In this document: piece by piece, positions 18,644 through 28,456 of the stretch
How the letters are laid out: each line of letters begins with the position of its first letter
How positions within the stretch are numbered: the first letter of the stretch is position 1
Assembly: GCA_031426555.1 (NCBI GenBank)
Contig: JANPLN010000044.1
Location: forward strand, 1 to 51,710
Direction of reading: 5' to 3'
Length of the DNA stretch: 51,710 nucleotides
Source: Bdellovibrionales bacterium
GTDB taxonomy: Bacteria > Bdellovibrionota > Bdellovibrionia > Bdellovibrionales > JAGQZY01
Position numbers and translations under genes: made by a program
Notes under the pieces: model-generated
Database searches by the model: none
Seen by the model: the letters and a program-made list of their open reading frames with translations, nothing else
What the model was told of the DNA's origin: nothing

Positions 18644-19890
18644 AAACCCAACTCGCCTTTAAGCACTTGCAAAAGTTTGCTCTTAGGCACCGAGGCCGAC
18701 GTTCCAGATTTAAAATTTTTAAACTGCACATCGCCGCGGGCTTCTTCGTCGCCGCCCACAATGAGCGCCCCAAGGCACGGGATGCGATCCAATTTTTTTA
18801 AGCGCTTAGAAAGATTCCCAGAATACGGCATTTGTGCTGCGATGTTGTTGCGGCGTAGTTCCTCCAGCAACCGTACGCACTCGGCTTCGTTCTCTGGTTG
18901 AAGGGGTACAATGCCAACCACAGAAATTTCCTGGGTAGGCAAAGACGACAGCAAAGCGAGGCGATCGATCCCGCCGCCCCAGCCGACTCCCGGCGTGGAA
19001 GGCCCGCCCATGGTTTCAATCAGTCCATCGTAACGTCCACCTGAAAGAACCGCATTTTGCGCGCCAAGAGCGGTCGTGGTGAATTCAAAAACTGTATGGC
19101 AGTAGTAATCTAAACCTCGCACCAGACGGTTGTTGAGTTTGTAAGGTATTTTTACAACTTTTAGAAGTTCGCACAATTTTTGAAAGAACTCTTTCGACTC
19201 AGAGTTTAATGAATCTTCCATTTGTGGAGCCTTCTGAATCCAAGGCTGATCCTGCTCACTTTTAGAATCTAAAATGCGCAGGGGATTTTTATCGATACGA
19301 AGTTTGCTCTCGTCAGAAAGGTCTTGAAAACAAGCGCGAAAATAATCCTGCAGCAGCGTGCGATAATTTTTTCGCGACTCCACGTCGCCAATCGTGTTGA
19401 GCTCTAATTGAATTTTATCCTGCAGGTTTAACTGCGCAAAAATCGTCCACGCCATGGAGATCACTTCGAGGTCGGCCACTGCGGAGGGAACACCGATCAA
19501 TTCCACACCCATCTGATAAAATTGCCGATAGCGACCCTTTTGCGGCCGTTCGTGGCGAAACATCGGTCCCTGATAAAAGTACTTCACCGGAAGATCGCGA
19601 AAGAGACTTTGCGAAATCACCGAACGCGCCACCCCAGCCGTACCCTCTGGTCGCAAGGTCAAAGAGTCGCCACTTTTGTCGATGAAGGTGTACATCTCTT
19701 TGGTGACGATGTCGCTGGTATCGCCCAAGGTTCGGCTAAATACGTCAGTGGATTCAAAAATAGGCGTTTCGATTTCCGAAAACCCGTAAAGGCCAGCAAC
19801 ATGCCGTGAGGTTTGCACAATGTGCAGAAAAGTACGGAGTTCCTCGCCCGTTAAATCACGAGTTCCGCGGACGGGTTGTAACGAGCTCAT
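18640..19890 (-). CDS. hisS: Histidine--tRNA ligase
   Basis: LRPEGTA, FRHERPQKGRYRQF, LVRGLDYY, GGRYDGL. Confidence 0.97.
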   Translation of the reverse strand: MSSLQPVRGTRDLTGEELRTFLHIVQTSRHVAGLYGFSEIETPIFESTDVFSRTLGDTSDIVTKEMYTFIDKSGDSLTLRPEGTAGVARSVISQSLFRDLPVKYFYQGPMFRHERPQKGRYRQFYQMGVELIGVPSAVADLEVISMAWTIFAQLNLQDKIQLELNTIGDVESRKNYRTLLQDYFRACFQDLSDESKLRIDKNPLRILDSKSEQDQPWIQKAPQMEDSLNSESKEFFQKLCELLKVVKIPYKLNNRLVRGLDYYCHTVFEFTTTALGAQNAVLSGGRYDGLIETMGGPSTPGVGWGGGIDRLALLSSLPTQEISVVGIVPLQPENEAECVRLLEELRRNNIAAQMPYSGNLSKRLKKLDRIPCLGALIVGGDEEARGDVQFKNFKSGTSASVPKSKLLQVLKGELGL

Positions 19891-19895
19891 TTTGT

Positions 19896-20603
19896 TTACT
19901 CCAAAGTTGTGTGAAGGCGCGCGCAGTCTTCGTTGTCGTCGAGCGCATCGAGGAATTCATACACCTCTTTGAGCTGGTCGGGATTCAGCGCTGTTTTGTT
20001 TTTTGCCACGTAGGAAAACTCGCAGGTTTTAATGTTCCAACCACGGGTCGCTAAATTTTTTCGCAGAGTTTCGATGTCGTCGGGCGAGCCGTAAAAAGAA
20101 TAAATGCCCTCTTTGTTTTTACTCACGTCGTTGGCACCCACTTCAATGGCTTCTTCTTCGGAGTCCACGTCGGGTTTTGGAGGAAGTCCCTCAACTAAAG
20201 CCACACGCTCAAACATCCAGCCAACGCTGCCCTGTTCGCCCATCAGGCCGCCATGGCTTTTAAATAAAAAGCGAATGTCTGGAGCGGTGCGGGTGCGGTT
20301 GTCCGTTTGGCACTCCACAAGCACTCCCACTTGGTGGGGCCCAAAACCTTCGTACATGACTTCTTCGATTTGGGATTTGTCATCGGATTGCCCGGAGCCT
20401 TTTTTTATGGCGCGTTCGATGGTGTCCTTGGGGCACGAGGCTTCTTTGGCGGCCTCAATGGCCATGCGCAGGCGCGCGTTGGCATTGGGATCGGGACCGC
20501 CAAGTTTAACAGCCACGGCTATTTCTTTTGCCATTTTTGAAATAACCGCGCCTTTTTTATTGGCAGCTTCGACTTTGTGAGGATTCTTCCAACTTTTTCC
20601 CAT
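19896..20603 (-). CDS. yebC: YebC/PmpR family protein
   Basis: GGPDPNANARLR, IERAIKKG, YEGFGP, TDNRTRT. Confidence 0.93.
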   Translation of the reverse strand: MGKSWKNPHKVEAANKKGAVISKMAKEIAVAVKLGGPDPNANARLRMAIEAAKEASCPKDTIERAIKKGSGQSDDKSQIEEVMYEGFGPHQVGVLVECQTDNRTRTAPDIRFLFKSHGGLMGEQGSVGWMFERVALVEGLPPKPDVDSEEEAIEVGANDVSKNKEGIYSFYGSPDDIETLRKNLATRGWNIKTCEFSYVAKNKTALNPDQLKEVYEFLDALDDNEDCARLHTTLE

Positions 20604-20714
20604 AGCTTACAAAAATATGAAAAAGTCGTCAGTGTGTCTACCTATGCCCGCAGTTTGACATGGTGCTCGGTACGAAAGCCCGTTTCAGTCGCCTTGCCAG
20701 AACCGAGTGGCCAA

Positions 20715-21545
20715 TTACCTGCGATAGATTCTGCGTACACCTTGCGGGCGTTTTTTACTAAAGGCATTGGCTTTTTCGTCTTCGTTTTTAAGCAGAGCAA
20801 AAATCTCTTTCCGCGAAAGATAGCGCCACTGGTTGGGCCGCAAATTTCCTAACAAAATCGGCCCAACTCGGGTGCGCAAAAGCCCTGTGACCTGCAAATC
20901 AACAAGCTCGCACATCCTGCGAATTTGGCGTTTTTTTCCTTCTTGCAAAACAAAGCGCAGTTGATTTTCTTTGACGTGTTCAACTTCCGCGGGAAGAAGT
21001 TGTTTGTCGTCGAGGCTCAAGCCATGACAGAGTTTCTCAATCTTCTCCGGGGTGATTTTACCATCGACCCAGACGGAATATTCTTTTTTCATTCGCGAAT
21101 CGGGCGAAATGATGGAACGTGCCACGCGCCCGTCTTGGGTGAGAATCAATAAACCCCAGGAATCAATATCAAGCCGACCGGCCGGAGCTAGCGACATCAT
21201 TTGCAAACGCGAAGGTGGAGCGGCGTCGCCAGGGCTGCGCACCTGATTTGGCTCGGTCAGTAAAACACTGGCCGGTTTGTAGTTGTCTTCGGCCTGCCCG
21301 GAAACGTAACCTACGGGCTTATTGATCATCACCGTCAATTTACTTTTAATCCACTGATAGGCATCTTCTAAAAGCGTAATTTGTGCTTTGGGAGAAACTT
21401 TAGTGCCAAGTTGGTTAACGATGAGCCCGTCCACTTTAACCCACCCTTTTTCGATACAGAGATCTGCTTCACGACGCGAGCAGATCCCTTGGTCGGCCAT
21501 GATTTTTGATAAACGAACCAACTCGTCTGGTGTGTCATTAGGCAT
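20715..21545 (-). CDS. rRNA pseudouridine synthase (RsuA/RluB/RluF family)
   Basis: S4 domain RLSK..GICSRREAD, NKPVGY, GRLDIDS, EGKKRQIRRM; start placed at ATG 21545. Confidence 0.92.
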   Translation of the reverse strand: MPNDTPDELVRLSKIMADQGICSRREADLCIEKGWVKVDGLIVNQLGTKVSPKAQITLLEDAYQWIKSKLTVMINKPVGYVSGQAEDNYKPASVLLTEPNQVRSPGDAAPPSRLQMMSLAPAGRLDIDSWGLLILTQDGRVARSIISPDSRMKKEYSVWVDGKITPEKIEKLCHGLSLDDKQLLPAEVEHVKENQLRFVLQEGKKRQIRRMCELVDLQVTGLLRTRVGPILLGNLRPNQWRYLSRKEIFALLKNEDEKANAFSKKRPQGVRRIYRR

Positions 21546-21613
21546 ATCAATACTCTTGCCAGAAACGCCCCGAATTGTCATGATAAATGCAGCCCAACCA
21601 ACGAGGAGACAAC

Positions 21614-22291
21614 ATGCTTTTACTACTTTTAAAAATTTCTCTGTTTTTTTCGCGGGCTTTTTCACAGGAAAAAGCGACCGCCGATGTCTTTGAATTCGAG
21701 GGAAAAACCAAATTATATACCTATCAGAACTCGCGAACGCTTGCCGGCGATGTCGAAAGTTATGCGGCAGAATTTAAGGATGCGATCACCGGCGAAGTCG
21801 CGGCGGCGGAAAAAGCTGAAACTCGCCAGGGTGTGATTGTTCGCTACGAAGTCAATCGTCCCGGCCCCAAAGACTCGGGAGTTATTGAAGTAAAAAATGG
21901 AAAGCTTGTCTTTATGTACAACGACAATGGAAAAAAGTCAGAAGCCAAGGAACCGCTCAACGAAAATACTTTAATTTCAGCGACTCTGTGTCCTTATCTG
22001 GAGTCGCATTTTGCCGATCTTTTAGCTAAAAAAGATGTGGATTTTAAATATGCGGTTTGGTACCGCAAAGAAACGGTGGGGTTTCGTTTTAGCTACGACC
22101 GCGAAGAAAATGGCCAAGTCATTATCAAAATGAACCCGACTAATTTTTTATACCGCTCGATGGTGAAACCTATTTACTTTACATACACGAAAGCCAACAA
22201 AAAACTTGTTTCCATCAAAGGGCGAACATTGCCTAAGCGAAAAGATGCCAGCGGATGGAAAGATTTCGATGGATTGGCTCTTTACAAATAA
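21614..22291 (+). CDS. Hypothetical exported protein
   Basis: AGGAG RBS before ATG 21614; signal-like N-terminus. Confidence 0.65.
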   Translation: MLLLLLKISLFFSRAFSQEKATADVFEFEGKTKLYTYQNSRTLAGDVESYAAEFKDAITGEVAAAEKAETRQGVIVRYEVNRPGPKDSGVIEVKNGKLVFMYNDNGKKSEAKEPLNENTLISATLCPYLESHFADLLAKKDVDFKYAVWYRKETVGFRFSYDREENGQVIIKMNPTNFLYRSMVKPIYFTYTKANKKLVSIKGRTLPKRKDASGWKDFDGLALYK

Positions 22292-22302
22292 TTGAAGGTC
22301 AT

Positions 22303-23841
22303 ATGAAGAAAACGTTACTTCAAGGACTTACTCTCGATCTACGATCCCTGGCGCTATTTCGGATCGCTTTTGGGATGTGTCTGTTCGTTGATGTATTTTA
22401 CCGACTTTTTTACATTAACGATTTTTACAGCGATTTTGGTGTGCTGCCGAGAGCCGCCCTGCTTGAGCATTTTCTGGGCCCTTGGGAGTACAGCGTTTTT
22501 TTAATCGCCGGGCGCCCCGAGATTATATTTTTCCTCATGACCACCACCTTAGTGGCCATTGCCATGATGACGGTGGGGTACCGCACGCGCCTAGCGGCCT
22601 TTGTGACGTGGATTCTTGTGACCTCCTTACAAACGCGAACGCAGATTGTTTTGCATGGCGGGGACGATTTGATTCGCGTGCTCCTGTTTTGGTGTCAGTT
22701 TGTACCCCTTGGAGCTGAGTTTTCGGTCGATCGAGCGCAGAGCAAAGACTCCAAACTTGCAACCCACTCCGTTTTGAGTTTTGGCGGGGCGGGGATGATA
22801 TTGCAATTGCTGTACATGTATCTGTTTACAGCAGCCCTCAAGTTCCATCCCGTTTGGAATGTAGAAGGGTCGGCAATTTATTATGCTTTGAGTTTAGAGC
22901 AGTTCACAGATCTGCCTGGGCAGTGGCTTTTAAATTTTCCAGGATTTTTAAAAATTTTAACCTTTAGCACATTGCTCCTTGAGTTGGCAGGACCGCTTTT
23001 GATTTTGGTTCCCGGCATTCAGCTGTATGTTCGAATCCCCATCATATTTAGTTTTATTGCGTTTCACTTTGGGTTGTTTGTCACCTTACACCTGGGACCG
23101 TTCCCTTGGACCTGTATGGCCGCCTGGCTCATGCTTCTGCCTCCGCAGTTTTGGGAATTTGCCAAACGGCGCGCGTGGGAGCGTCCTTTAGAGACTTTTT
23201 TCGCTTTCATCAGCGGTTATTTTAAAAAATGGCGGCTAAAGAGCGAGACGGTCGTGGTGAGCTTTCCCAAAGCCGCAGAGATCACCGCTGCAGTTTTTAT
23301 CGTATTGGTGTTTTTTTGGAATGTATCTCACCACGAAAGTCTGCATCTTAAAAAATCAGAAAGCCTTCGCATCGTCATGAACCTCACAAAGATGTATCAA
23401 AAGTGGAATATGTTTGCGCCGTATCCGCGCCGCGATGACGGGTGGTACATAGTTGAAGCCAAACTTTTTAATGGCATGTCTGTTAATCCCATGGCCGACG
23501 ATTTGATTTACACAGAAGAGAAACCGAAGAATGTGGCCGCTACTTACATCAATACCATGTGGCGTAAATATCTCTCCAACACGTGGTTAAAAACAAATCA
23601 TCAATACCGTATTTATTTTGGCCGCTACTTGTGCCGAAAATGGAATCAAGAAAAAAGCAATCACGACGAAAAAATTAACACCATAAAAATTTCGTATATG
23701 TTGAAAATGGTTCCTCCTCCGGGAGTGGCTCCTGAGCCCGTAAAGAAAGATCTTTTGTGGCGCCATTACTGTTTCGATAAGCCTGCGGATTGGGACCCAG
23801 ATCGAGACGGAAATAGCGACGCAAATAAGGCAGATCATTGA
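22303..23841 (+). CDS. HTTM (horizontally transferred transmembrane) domain protein
   Basis: DLRSLALFRI, FYSDFGVLPR, GYRTR, HGGD, QKWNMFAP motifs; multi-TM. Confidence 0.82.
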   Translation: MKKTLLQGLTLDLRSLALFRIAFGMCLFVDVFYRLFYINDFYSDFGVLPRAALLEHFLGPWEYSVFLIAGRPEIIFFLMTTTLVAIAMMTVGYRTRLAAFVTWILVTSLQTRTQIVLHGGDDLIRVLLFWCQFVPLGAEFSVDRAQSKDSKLATHSVLSFGGAGMILQLLYMYLFTAALKFHPVWNVEGSAIYYALSLEQFTDLPGQWLLNFPGFLKILTFSTLLLELAGPLLILVPGIQLYVRIPIIFSFIAFHFGLFVTLHLGPFPWTCMAAWLMLLPPQFWEFAKRRAWERPLETFFAFISGYFKKWRLKSETVVVSFPKAAEITAAVFIVLVFFWNVSHHESLHLKKSESLRIVMNLTKMYQKWNMFAPYPRRDDGWYIVEAKLFNGMSVNPMADDLIYTEEKPKNVAATYINTMWRKYLSNTWLKTNHQYRIYFGRYLCRKWNQEKSNHDEKINTIKISYMLKMVPPPGVAPEPVKKDLLWRHYCFDKPADWDPDRDGNSDANKADH

Positions 23842-24725
23842 ATTCACAAAAGGCAGCTTATTTCTACGCTCTCGGAGCTTCGTTAAGTTTTTCCACGGCG
23901 AGTTTGCTGTTCGCCGTTTATGCGCGCCGATTTTCGTCCATTTGGATGACCTATTTTAAAACCACGGTTTGTTTCCTCTGCCTCACACTTGCCGTGGTCT
24001 TCGTGGTGGATTGGCAACCCGTTCCTTGGGATGTTACTGGGGCTCTGGTGCTCAGTGGAATTTTGGGTCTTGCCATTGGTGATCTTTTTTTGTTGGCGGC
24101 TTACGCTCGCATGGGAGCGGGGCGAACGCTGATTCTTTTTGGTTTTCAGCCGCTGATCCTGGGAGTGTCATCGTGGTATTTGTTCGCTCAGCCGCTCAAT
24201 TCCTACAAGCTCGTTGCAGTTCTATTTTTTATGTTATGTCTGTATCTATTTAGTTTGGAAAAATTTAAAGAAAGCGGGCACTGGGAGATCACCGGTTTGC
24301 TAGCGGCTCTGCTTGGTGTTGTGCTCGACAACTCGGGCATCTTGCTTACACGGTGGTCGTTTAATAGCGCGCCAGACATGGGCGTGATTCAAGCCAACTT
24401 TATTCGGGCTTTTGGTGCCATCGTGTTTTTTGTAACTATGAATCCCATATTGAAGTCAGGCCTAGTTAAAAATTTTATGTCACTCGACAAAAAGGAACGG
24501 GTCTCGATCTTTACTGCTTCTGTTTTCGGCACCATCGTTTCGTTGGTTCTCTACCTTTCGGCTGTGCGAGTGGCCCACCTGGCATCGCTCTCCGCCATGG
24601 GCGTCTTCGGCCCGCTGTATTCTACAAGCCTCGAATGCTTCATCGATCGGAAACCACCTAGTCGTTACCTTATCTTCGCGATGTTTAGCTTCATCATAGG
24701 CTTCGCAATTCTCTTAGCGTTTTAG
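23838..24725 (+). CDS. DMT/EamA-family transporter
   Basis: About 10 TM helices; LSGILGLAIGDLF motif. Confidence 0.82.
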   Translation: MNSQKAAYFYALGASLSFSTASLLFAVYARRFSSIWMTYFKTTVCFLCLTLAVVFVVDWQPVPWDVTGALVLSGILGLAIGDLFLLAAYARMGAGRTLILFGFQPLILGVSSWYLFAQPLNSYKLVAVLFFMLCLYLFSLEKFKESGHWEITGLLAALLGVVLDNSGILLTRWSFNSAPDMGVIQANFIRAFGAIVFFVTMNPILKSGLVKNFMSLDKKERVSIFTASVFGTIVSLVLYLSAVRVAHLASLSAMGVFGPLYSTSLECFIDRKPPSRYLIFAMFSFIIGFAILLAF

Positions 24726-24737
24726 AGGTCCGGACTT

Positions 24738-25490
24738 TTAGGGATCGCGGGTGGTGAGGGAGATTCCGCCATCCACGGGGATCAGCGCCCCTGTCATCCA
24801 CGACGAGTCTTCCATTGCCGCAAAGTAAACGGCCTTTGCGATATCCTCGCCCGAGCCCATTCTTTTAAGAGGCTGCATTTTATCCAGTTGTTGACGGATG
24901 GCTTTGTGTTCTGATTTTTCGCTCTGATGGAAAAAATGAATTGGTGTATCCACAAGGCCTGGGCATACGGCATTCACACGCACGCCTTCGGGGCCGGCTT
25001 CGAGGGCCAGTGTTTGAGTCCAACTATTGAGTGCTGCCTTTGAAGCCGAGTAAGCACCCGTTTTTTCGATGGGTCGTAAACCCAAAGTTGAGGAAACATT
25101 CACTACGGCGCCTTTGTTTTGCACAAGCTGCTTCCATAGACCTCGGGTGAGCAAAACAGGACCAAAAAGATTGGTGGCAAACTGAGCACTCCAATTTTGT
25201 TCAGTTTCATTTTCAAAAAGAGAGGGCTGGTAAATGCCCGCATTGTTCACTAACACAGAAATATTGCTTTTGAGGCCGTTTAGCTGTGAACAGAGGGTTT
25301 TAATCTGCTCAGGATCGCCGAGGTCGCAGCTGAGAACGTGGGAGTTGCAGGGGAGCTCACTTTGGACGTTTTCTAGCTTCGTTTTGTCGCGAGCTACCAG
25401 ATAAACCGTCCAACCATTTTTGCTAAAAAGCTGAGCGATGGCTTTTCCAATTCCTGAGCTTGCTCCGGTGATTAAAACTTCTTTTTTCAT
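24738..25490 (-). CDS. Short-chain dehydrogenase/reductase
   Basis: TGASSGIG, NNAG, YSASK, VNAVCPG; start at ATG 25490. Confidence 0.92.
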   Translation of the reverse strand: MKKEVLITGASSGIGKAIAQLFSKNGWTVYLVARDKTKLENVQSELPCNSHVLSCDLGDPEQIKTLCSQLNGLKSNISVLVNNAGIYQPSLFENETEQNWSAQFATNLFGPVLLTRGLWKQLVQNKGAVVNVSSTLGLRPIEKTGAYSASKAALNSWTQTLALEAGPEGVRVNAVCPGLVDTPIHFFHQSEKSEHKAIRQQLDKMQPLKRMGSGEDIAKAVYFAAMEDSSWMTGALIPVDGGISLTTRDP

Positions 25491-25542
25491 GTGGAATGAG
25501 TAGCATAGGAATTGCCGACCTGCACTGAGAAGCGATGCTCTG

Positions 25543-25559
25543 TTGTCACCATGTGACAA
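25543..25559. promoter_or_regulatory. Palindromic operator candidate TTGTCAC-CAT-GTGACAA
   Basis: Perfect 7-bp arms in divergent intergenic region. Confidence 0.4.
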
Positions 25560-25598
25560 TTTTGCTACGTTAACTGAGTCATAAAACAGGAGATATCT

Positions 25599-26114
25599 AT
25601 GCGTTCTTTAATCACTTTTTTGGCCGTTGTCGGATTGATTTTATTTTCGCGTTGGATTCCCCATCCCGCAAATTTTACCGCTCTCATTGCCATGGCCATT
25701 TTTTCTGGAAGCTACTGGGCCCGTCGAAGTTTGCGGTTCGTCGCTCCGCTTCTCGCCATGGCTATTTCAGATATGGTTTTTGGTTTTTACCCAGGCATTG
25801 AAATGAATTATCTCGCGGTTGCATTGTGCGTTTTGCTTGCGCCTGCCTTCGAAGCCCCACTCACTGCGATCTTAGGTCGCAGTGCTGTCGCTAGCGTTGT
25901 ATTTTTTGTTGTTTCCAATCTAGGTGTATGGATGTTCGCGGGATTGTATTCGCAAACAGTGGAAGGTTTAAAAAATTGTTTTGTGATGGCCATTCCTTTT
26001 TACCCAGCAACTTTGACGAGCGCGCTGTTTTACTCAACTCTGTGTTTCGCAGTCTATCGTCTCACATCCGCAAAAAAAGGATTCGAAGGTTTTTTAAAAC
26101 CGAAATATGGCTGA
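25599..26114 (+). CDS. DUF6580-like putative transport membrane protein
   Basis: SRWIPHPANFT, FFVVSNLGVW, GLKNCFVMAIPFY motifs. Confidence 0.75.
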   Translation: MRSLITFLAVVGLILFSRWIPHPANFTALIAMAIFSGSYWARRSLRFVAPLLAMAISDMVFGFYPGIEMNYLAVALCVLLAPAFEAPLTAILGRSAVASVVFFVVSNLGVWMFAGLYSQTVEGLKNCFVMAIPFYPATLTSALFYSTLCFAVYRLTSAKKGFEGFLKPKYG

Positions 26115-26340
26115 TATTAATAAAAAGTATTCAGAGAATGTTCCCGGTCGATATTTTGTCGACAACACTTGCATCGCTTGCGATGCCTGCTGCATCGCCG
26201 CACCCAATCACTTTAAAATGCACGATGACAATGGACATGCCTATTTGTCGCTTCAGCCCAACAGCCCAGAGGAAGAAGATCTTTGCAAAGAGGCTATGGA
26301 TGGTTGCCCGGTGGAGTCCATAGGTAACACTGGTGCATGA
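26107..26340 (+). CDS. Ferredoxin (single cluster)
   Basis: CIACDAC...CPVESIG. Confidence 0.9.
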   Translation: MADINKKYSENVPGRYFVDNTCIACDACCIAAPNHFKMHDDNGHAYLSLQPNSPEEEDLCKEAMDGCPVESIGNTGA

Positions 26341-28427
26341 ATCTTCCTACTGAACACACCGTTCTAAATCGTGATATTCAATGGCTTGAGTTTAATCGTC
26401 GTGTGCTTAACGAAGCTCGAGATCCACGAACACCTCTCTTAGAGCGCCTCAACTTCCTAGGTATTTTCACCTCCAACCTCGATGAATTCGTCATGAAGCG
26501 AATCGGCGGCTTAAAACATCAACTCGAAATGGGAATCATGGCGTCGATCTACGACGGCAAAAACACCACCGAATTGCTCGCCGAAATTCGTACGCAAGTG
26601 ATGCTCTTGATCGAAGAGCAAGCCACCATTTACAAAAATCTGATCCCGGAGCTGGAAAAGCACGGAATCCTTTTAAAAAAATGGAAAGACCTTTCGCAAA
26701 AAGAAAAAGATTTTGCCGAAAAGTATTATCAAAGCCAGGTGTTTCCGGTTCTCACACCGCTGGTGGTGGACCCGGCGCTACCGTTTCCATTTATCTCGAA
26801 TCTTTCTTTGTCTTTGGGAGTTTGTTTGCAGCCCGAAGACGCCGAAGAAATTCTTTTTGCGCGAGTGAAAGTGCCAGAGGTGTTTCCACAGTGGCTGGCC
26901 ATTGATATTCCTGAGAACAAAAATAAAAACGTCTTCGTTAGCCTTGTGCAGTTAATTCAATATAACATCGCCGACCTTTTCCCAGATATGAAAGTGCTTG
27001 AGGTGATGCCCTTTCGCGTGACCAGAAACGCGGATTTAGAACGCGATGAAGACGATGCGGAAGATCTCTTAGAAATGATTGCCGAAGAGATCAAACAACG
27101 GCGCTTTGCTGAGGCGGTGCGTGTTGAACACGGACGGCAAAAAAGTTCGTGGATGGTGCAGTTTTTGAAAGAGGAACTGCAACTCGTTGATGAGGAAGTT
27201 TACGAAGTGCGAAGTCTTTTGGATTACCGCAGTTTAAAACCCATCTATCAGCTCAATCTTCCACATTTAAAATATCAGCATTGGGAACCACAGGTCCCAG
27301 AGGCCCTCGTGGGACATCAGGAAACTTTGCTTGAAGCCATCCAGAGACAAGATCTGTTGGTGCATCATCCCTATGAGAGCTTCACGGCCTCGGTGGATAA
27401 GTTTATCACCGACGCGGCTGATGACCCCGATGTTCTGGCCATTAAAATGACCTTGTATCGAATGGGCGACAACAATCCCATTGTGCACAGTTTGATCCGC
27501 GCGGCTAATAGCGGCAAACAGGTGGTTTGCATTGTAGAGCTAAAAGCCCGTTTTGATGAGCAACGAAATATATATTGGGCGCAAATGATGGAAAAAGCTG
27601 GCATTCACGTGGTCTACGGCGTGCTTGGTTTTAAAACTCACAGCAAAACAACTTTGGTTTTGCGTCGCGAAGGTAACGGTATCAATGCCTACGGTCATAT
27701 TGCCTCCGGCAATTACAACAACGTCACGTCGCGCTTTTATACAGACGTGGGCTTGTTTACCAATAACAAAAAAATCACCGACGACATGGTTCAACTATTT
27801 CACTTGTTAACGGGGAGATCCTTTAAACGAAAGTTCAATCATCTTTTGGTTTCGCCAAGAAGCATGCGCAACCGTTTTATCGATCTTATTCGTCGCGAAA
27901 TTGCCTTCGCCGAAGAAGGAAAAGCTGCCAGAATCATCGTTAAATGCAACAGCTTGGACGATAAAGAGTTGATCGAACTGCTCTACGAAGCCTCACAAAA
28001 AGGTGTGCAAATCGATTTGATTGTTCGCGGCTTTTGTACTTTGCGACCGCGAACAAAAGATTTAAGTGAATCGATTCGCGTGATCTCGATTGTCGGTCGA
28101 TTTTTAGAGCACTCACGGATCTTCTTTTTTCAAAATGGCAAAGAAAAAACTGTGGACGGAGATTACTATATCGGCTCCGCCGACTGGATGACCCGCAATC
28201 TCAATGCCCGTGTGGAAGTTGTAACGCCAGTCTTTGAGCGCAAGTTAAAACGAAAATTGTTAGAAATTCTGAATACCTGTTTATCTGATTACCGCCACGC
28301 CTGGGAAATGGATCCGAGTGGCAAGTATGTCCAGCGCGATGATGAAAGTTTATCTGGCGAGAGCAGCTCCCAGGAAAAACTGATGCAGTTTGCGCAAATG
28401 CGCTCGCAATTGCAAGCGAGCGACTGA
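26337..28427 (+). CDS. ppk1: Polyphosphate kinase 1
   Basis: NRDIQWLEFNRRVL, HHPYESF, ELKARFDE, KTHSK, GRFLEHSRI, SADWMTRNL. Confidence 0.97.
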   Translation: MNLPTEHTVLNRDIQWLEFNRRVLNEARDPRTPLLERLNFLGIFTSNLDEFVMKRIGGLKHQLEMGIMASIYDGKNTTELLAEIRTQVMLLIEEQATIYKNLIPELEKHGILLKKWKDLSQKEKDFAEKYYQSQVFPVLTPLVVDPALPFPFISNLSLSLGVCLQPEDAEEILFARVKVPEVFPQWLAIDIPENKNKNVFVSLVQLIQYNIADLFPDMKVLEVMPFRVTRNADLERDEDDAEDLLEMIAEEIKQRRFAEAVRVEHGRQKSSWMVQFLKEELQLVDEEVYEVRSLLDYRSLKPIYQLNLPHLKYQHWEPQVPEALVGHQETLLEAIQRQDLLVHHPYESFTASVDKFITDAADDPDVLAIKMTLYRMGDNNPIVHSLIRAANSGKQVVCIVELKARFDEQRNIYWAQMMEKAGIHVVYGVLGFKTHSKTTLVLRREGNGINAYGHIASGNYNNVTSRFYTDVGLFTNNKKITDDMVQLFHLLTGRSFKRKFNHLLVSPRSMRNRFIDLIRREIAFAEEGKAARIIVKCNSLDDKELIELLYEASQKGVQIDLIVRGFCTLRPRTKDLSESIRVISIVGRFLEHSRIFFFQNGKEKTVDGDYYIGSADWMTRNLNARVEVVTPVFERKLKRKLLEILNTCLSDYRHAWEMDPSGKYVQRDDESLSGESSSQEKLMQFAQMRSQLQASD

Positions 28428-28456
28428 CGATAACGGATCGTTATATTCGTTTTCAT

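Noticed and set aside
21546..21665. Overlap of pseudouridine synthase with divergent gene
   Set aside because: Disappears with starts at 21545 and 21614 (RBS present at the latter)
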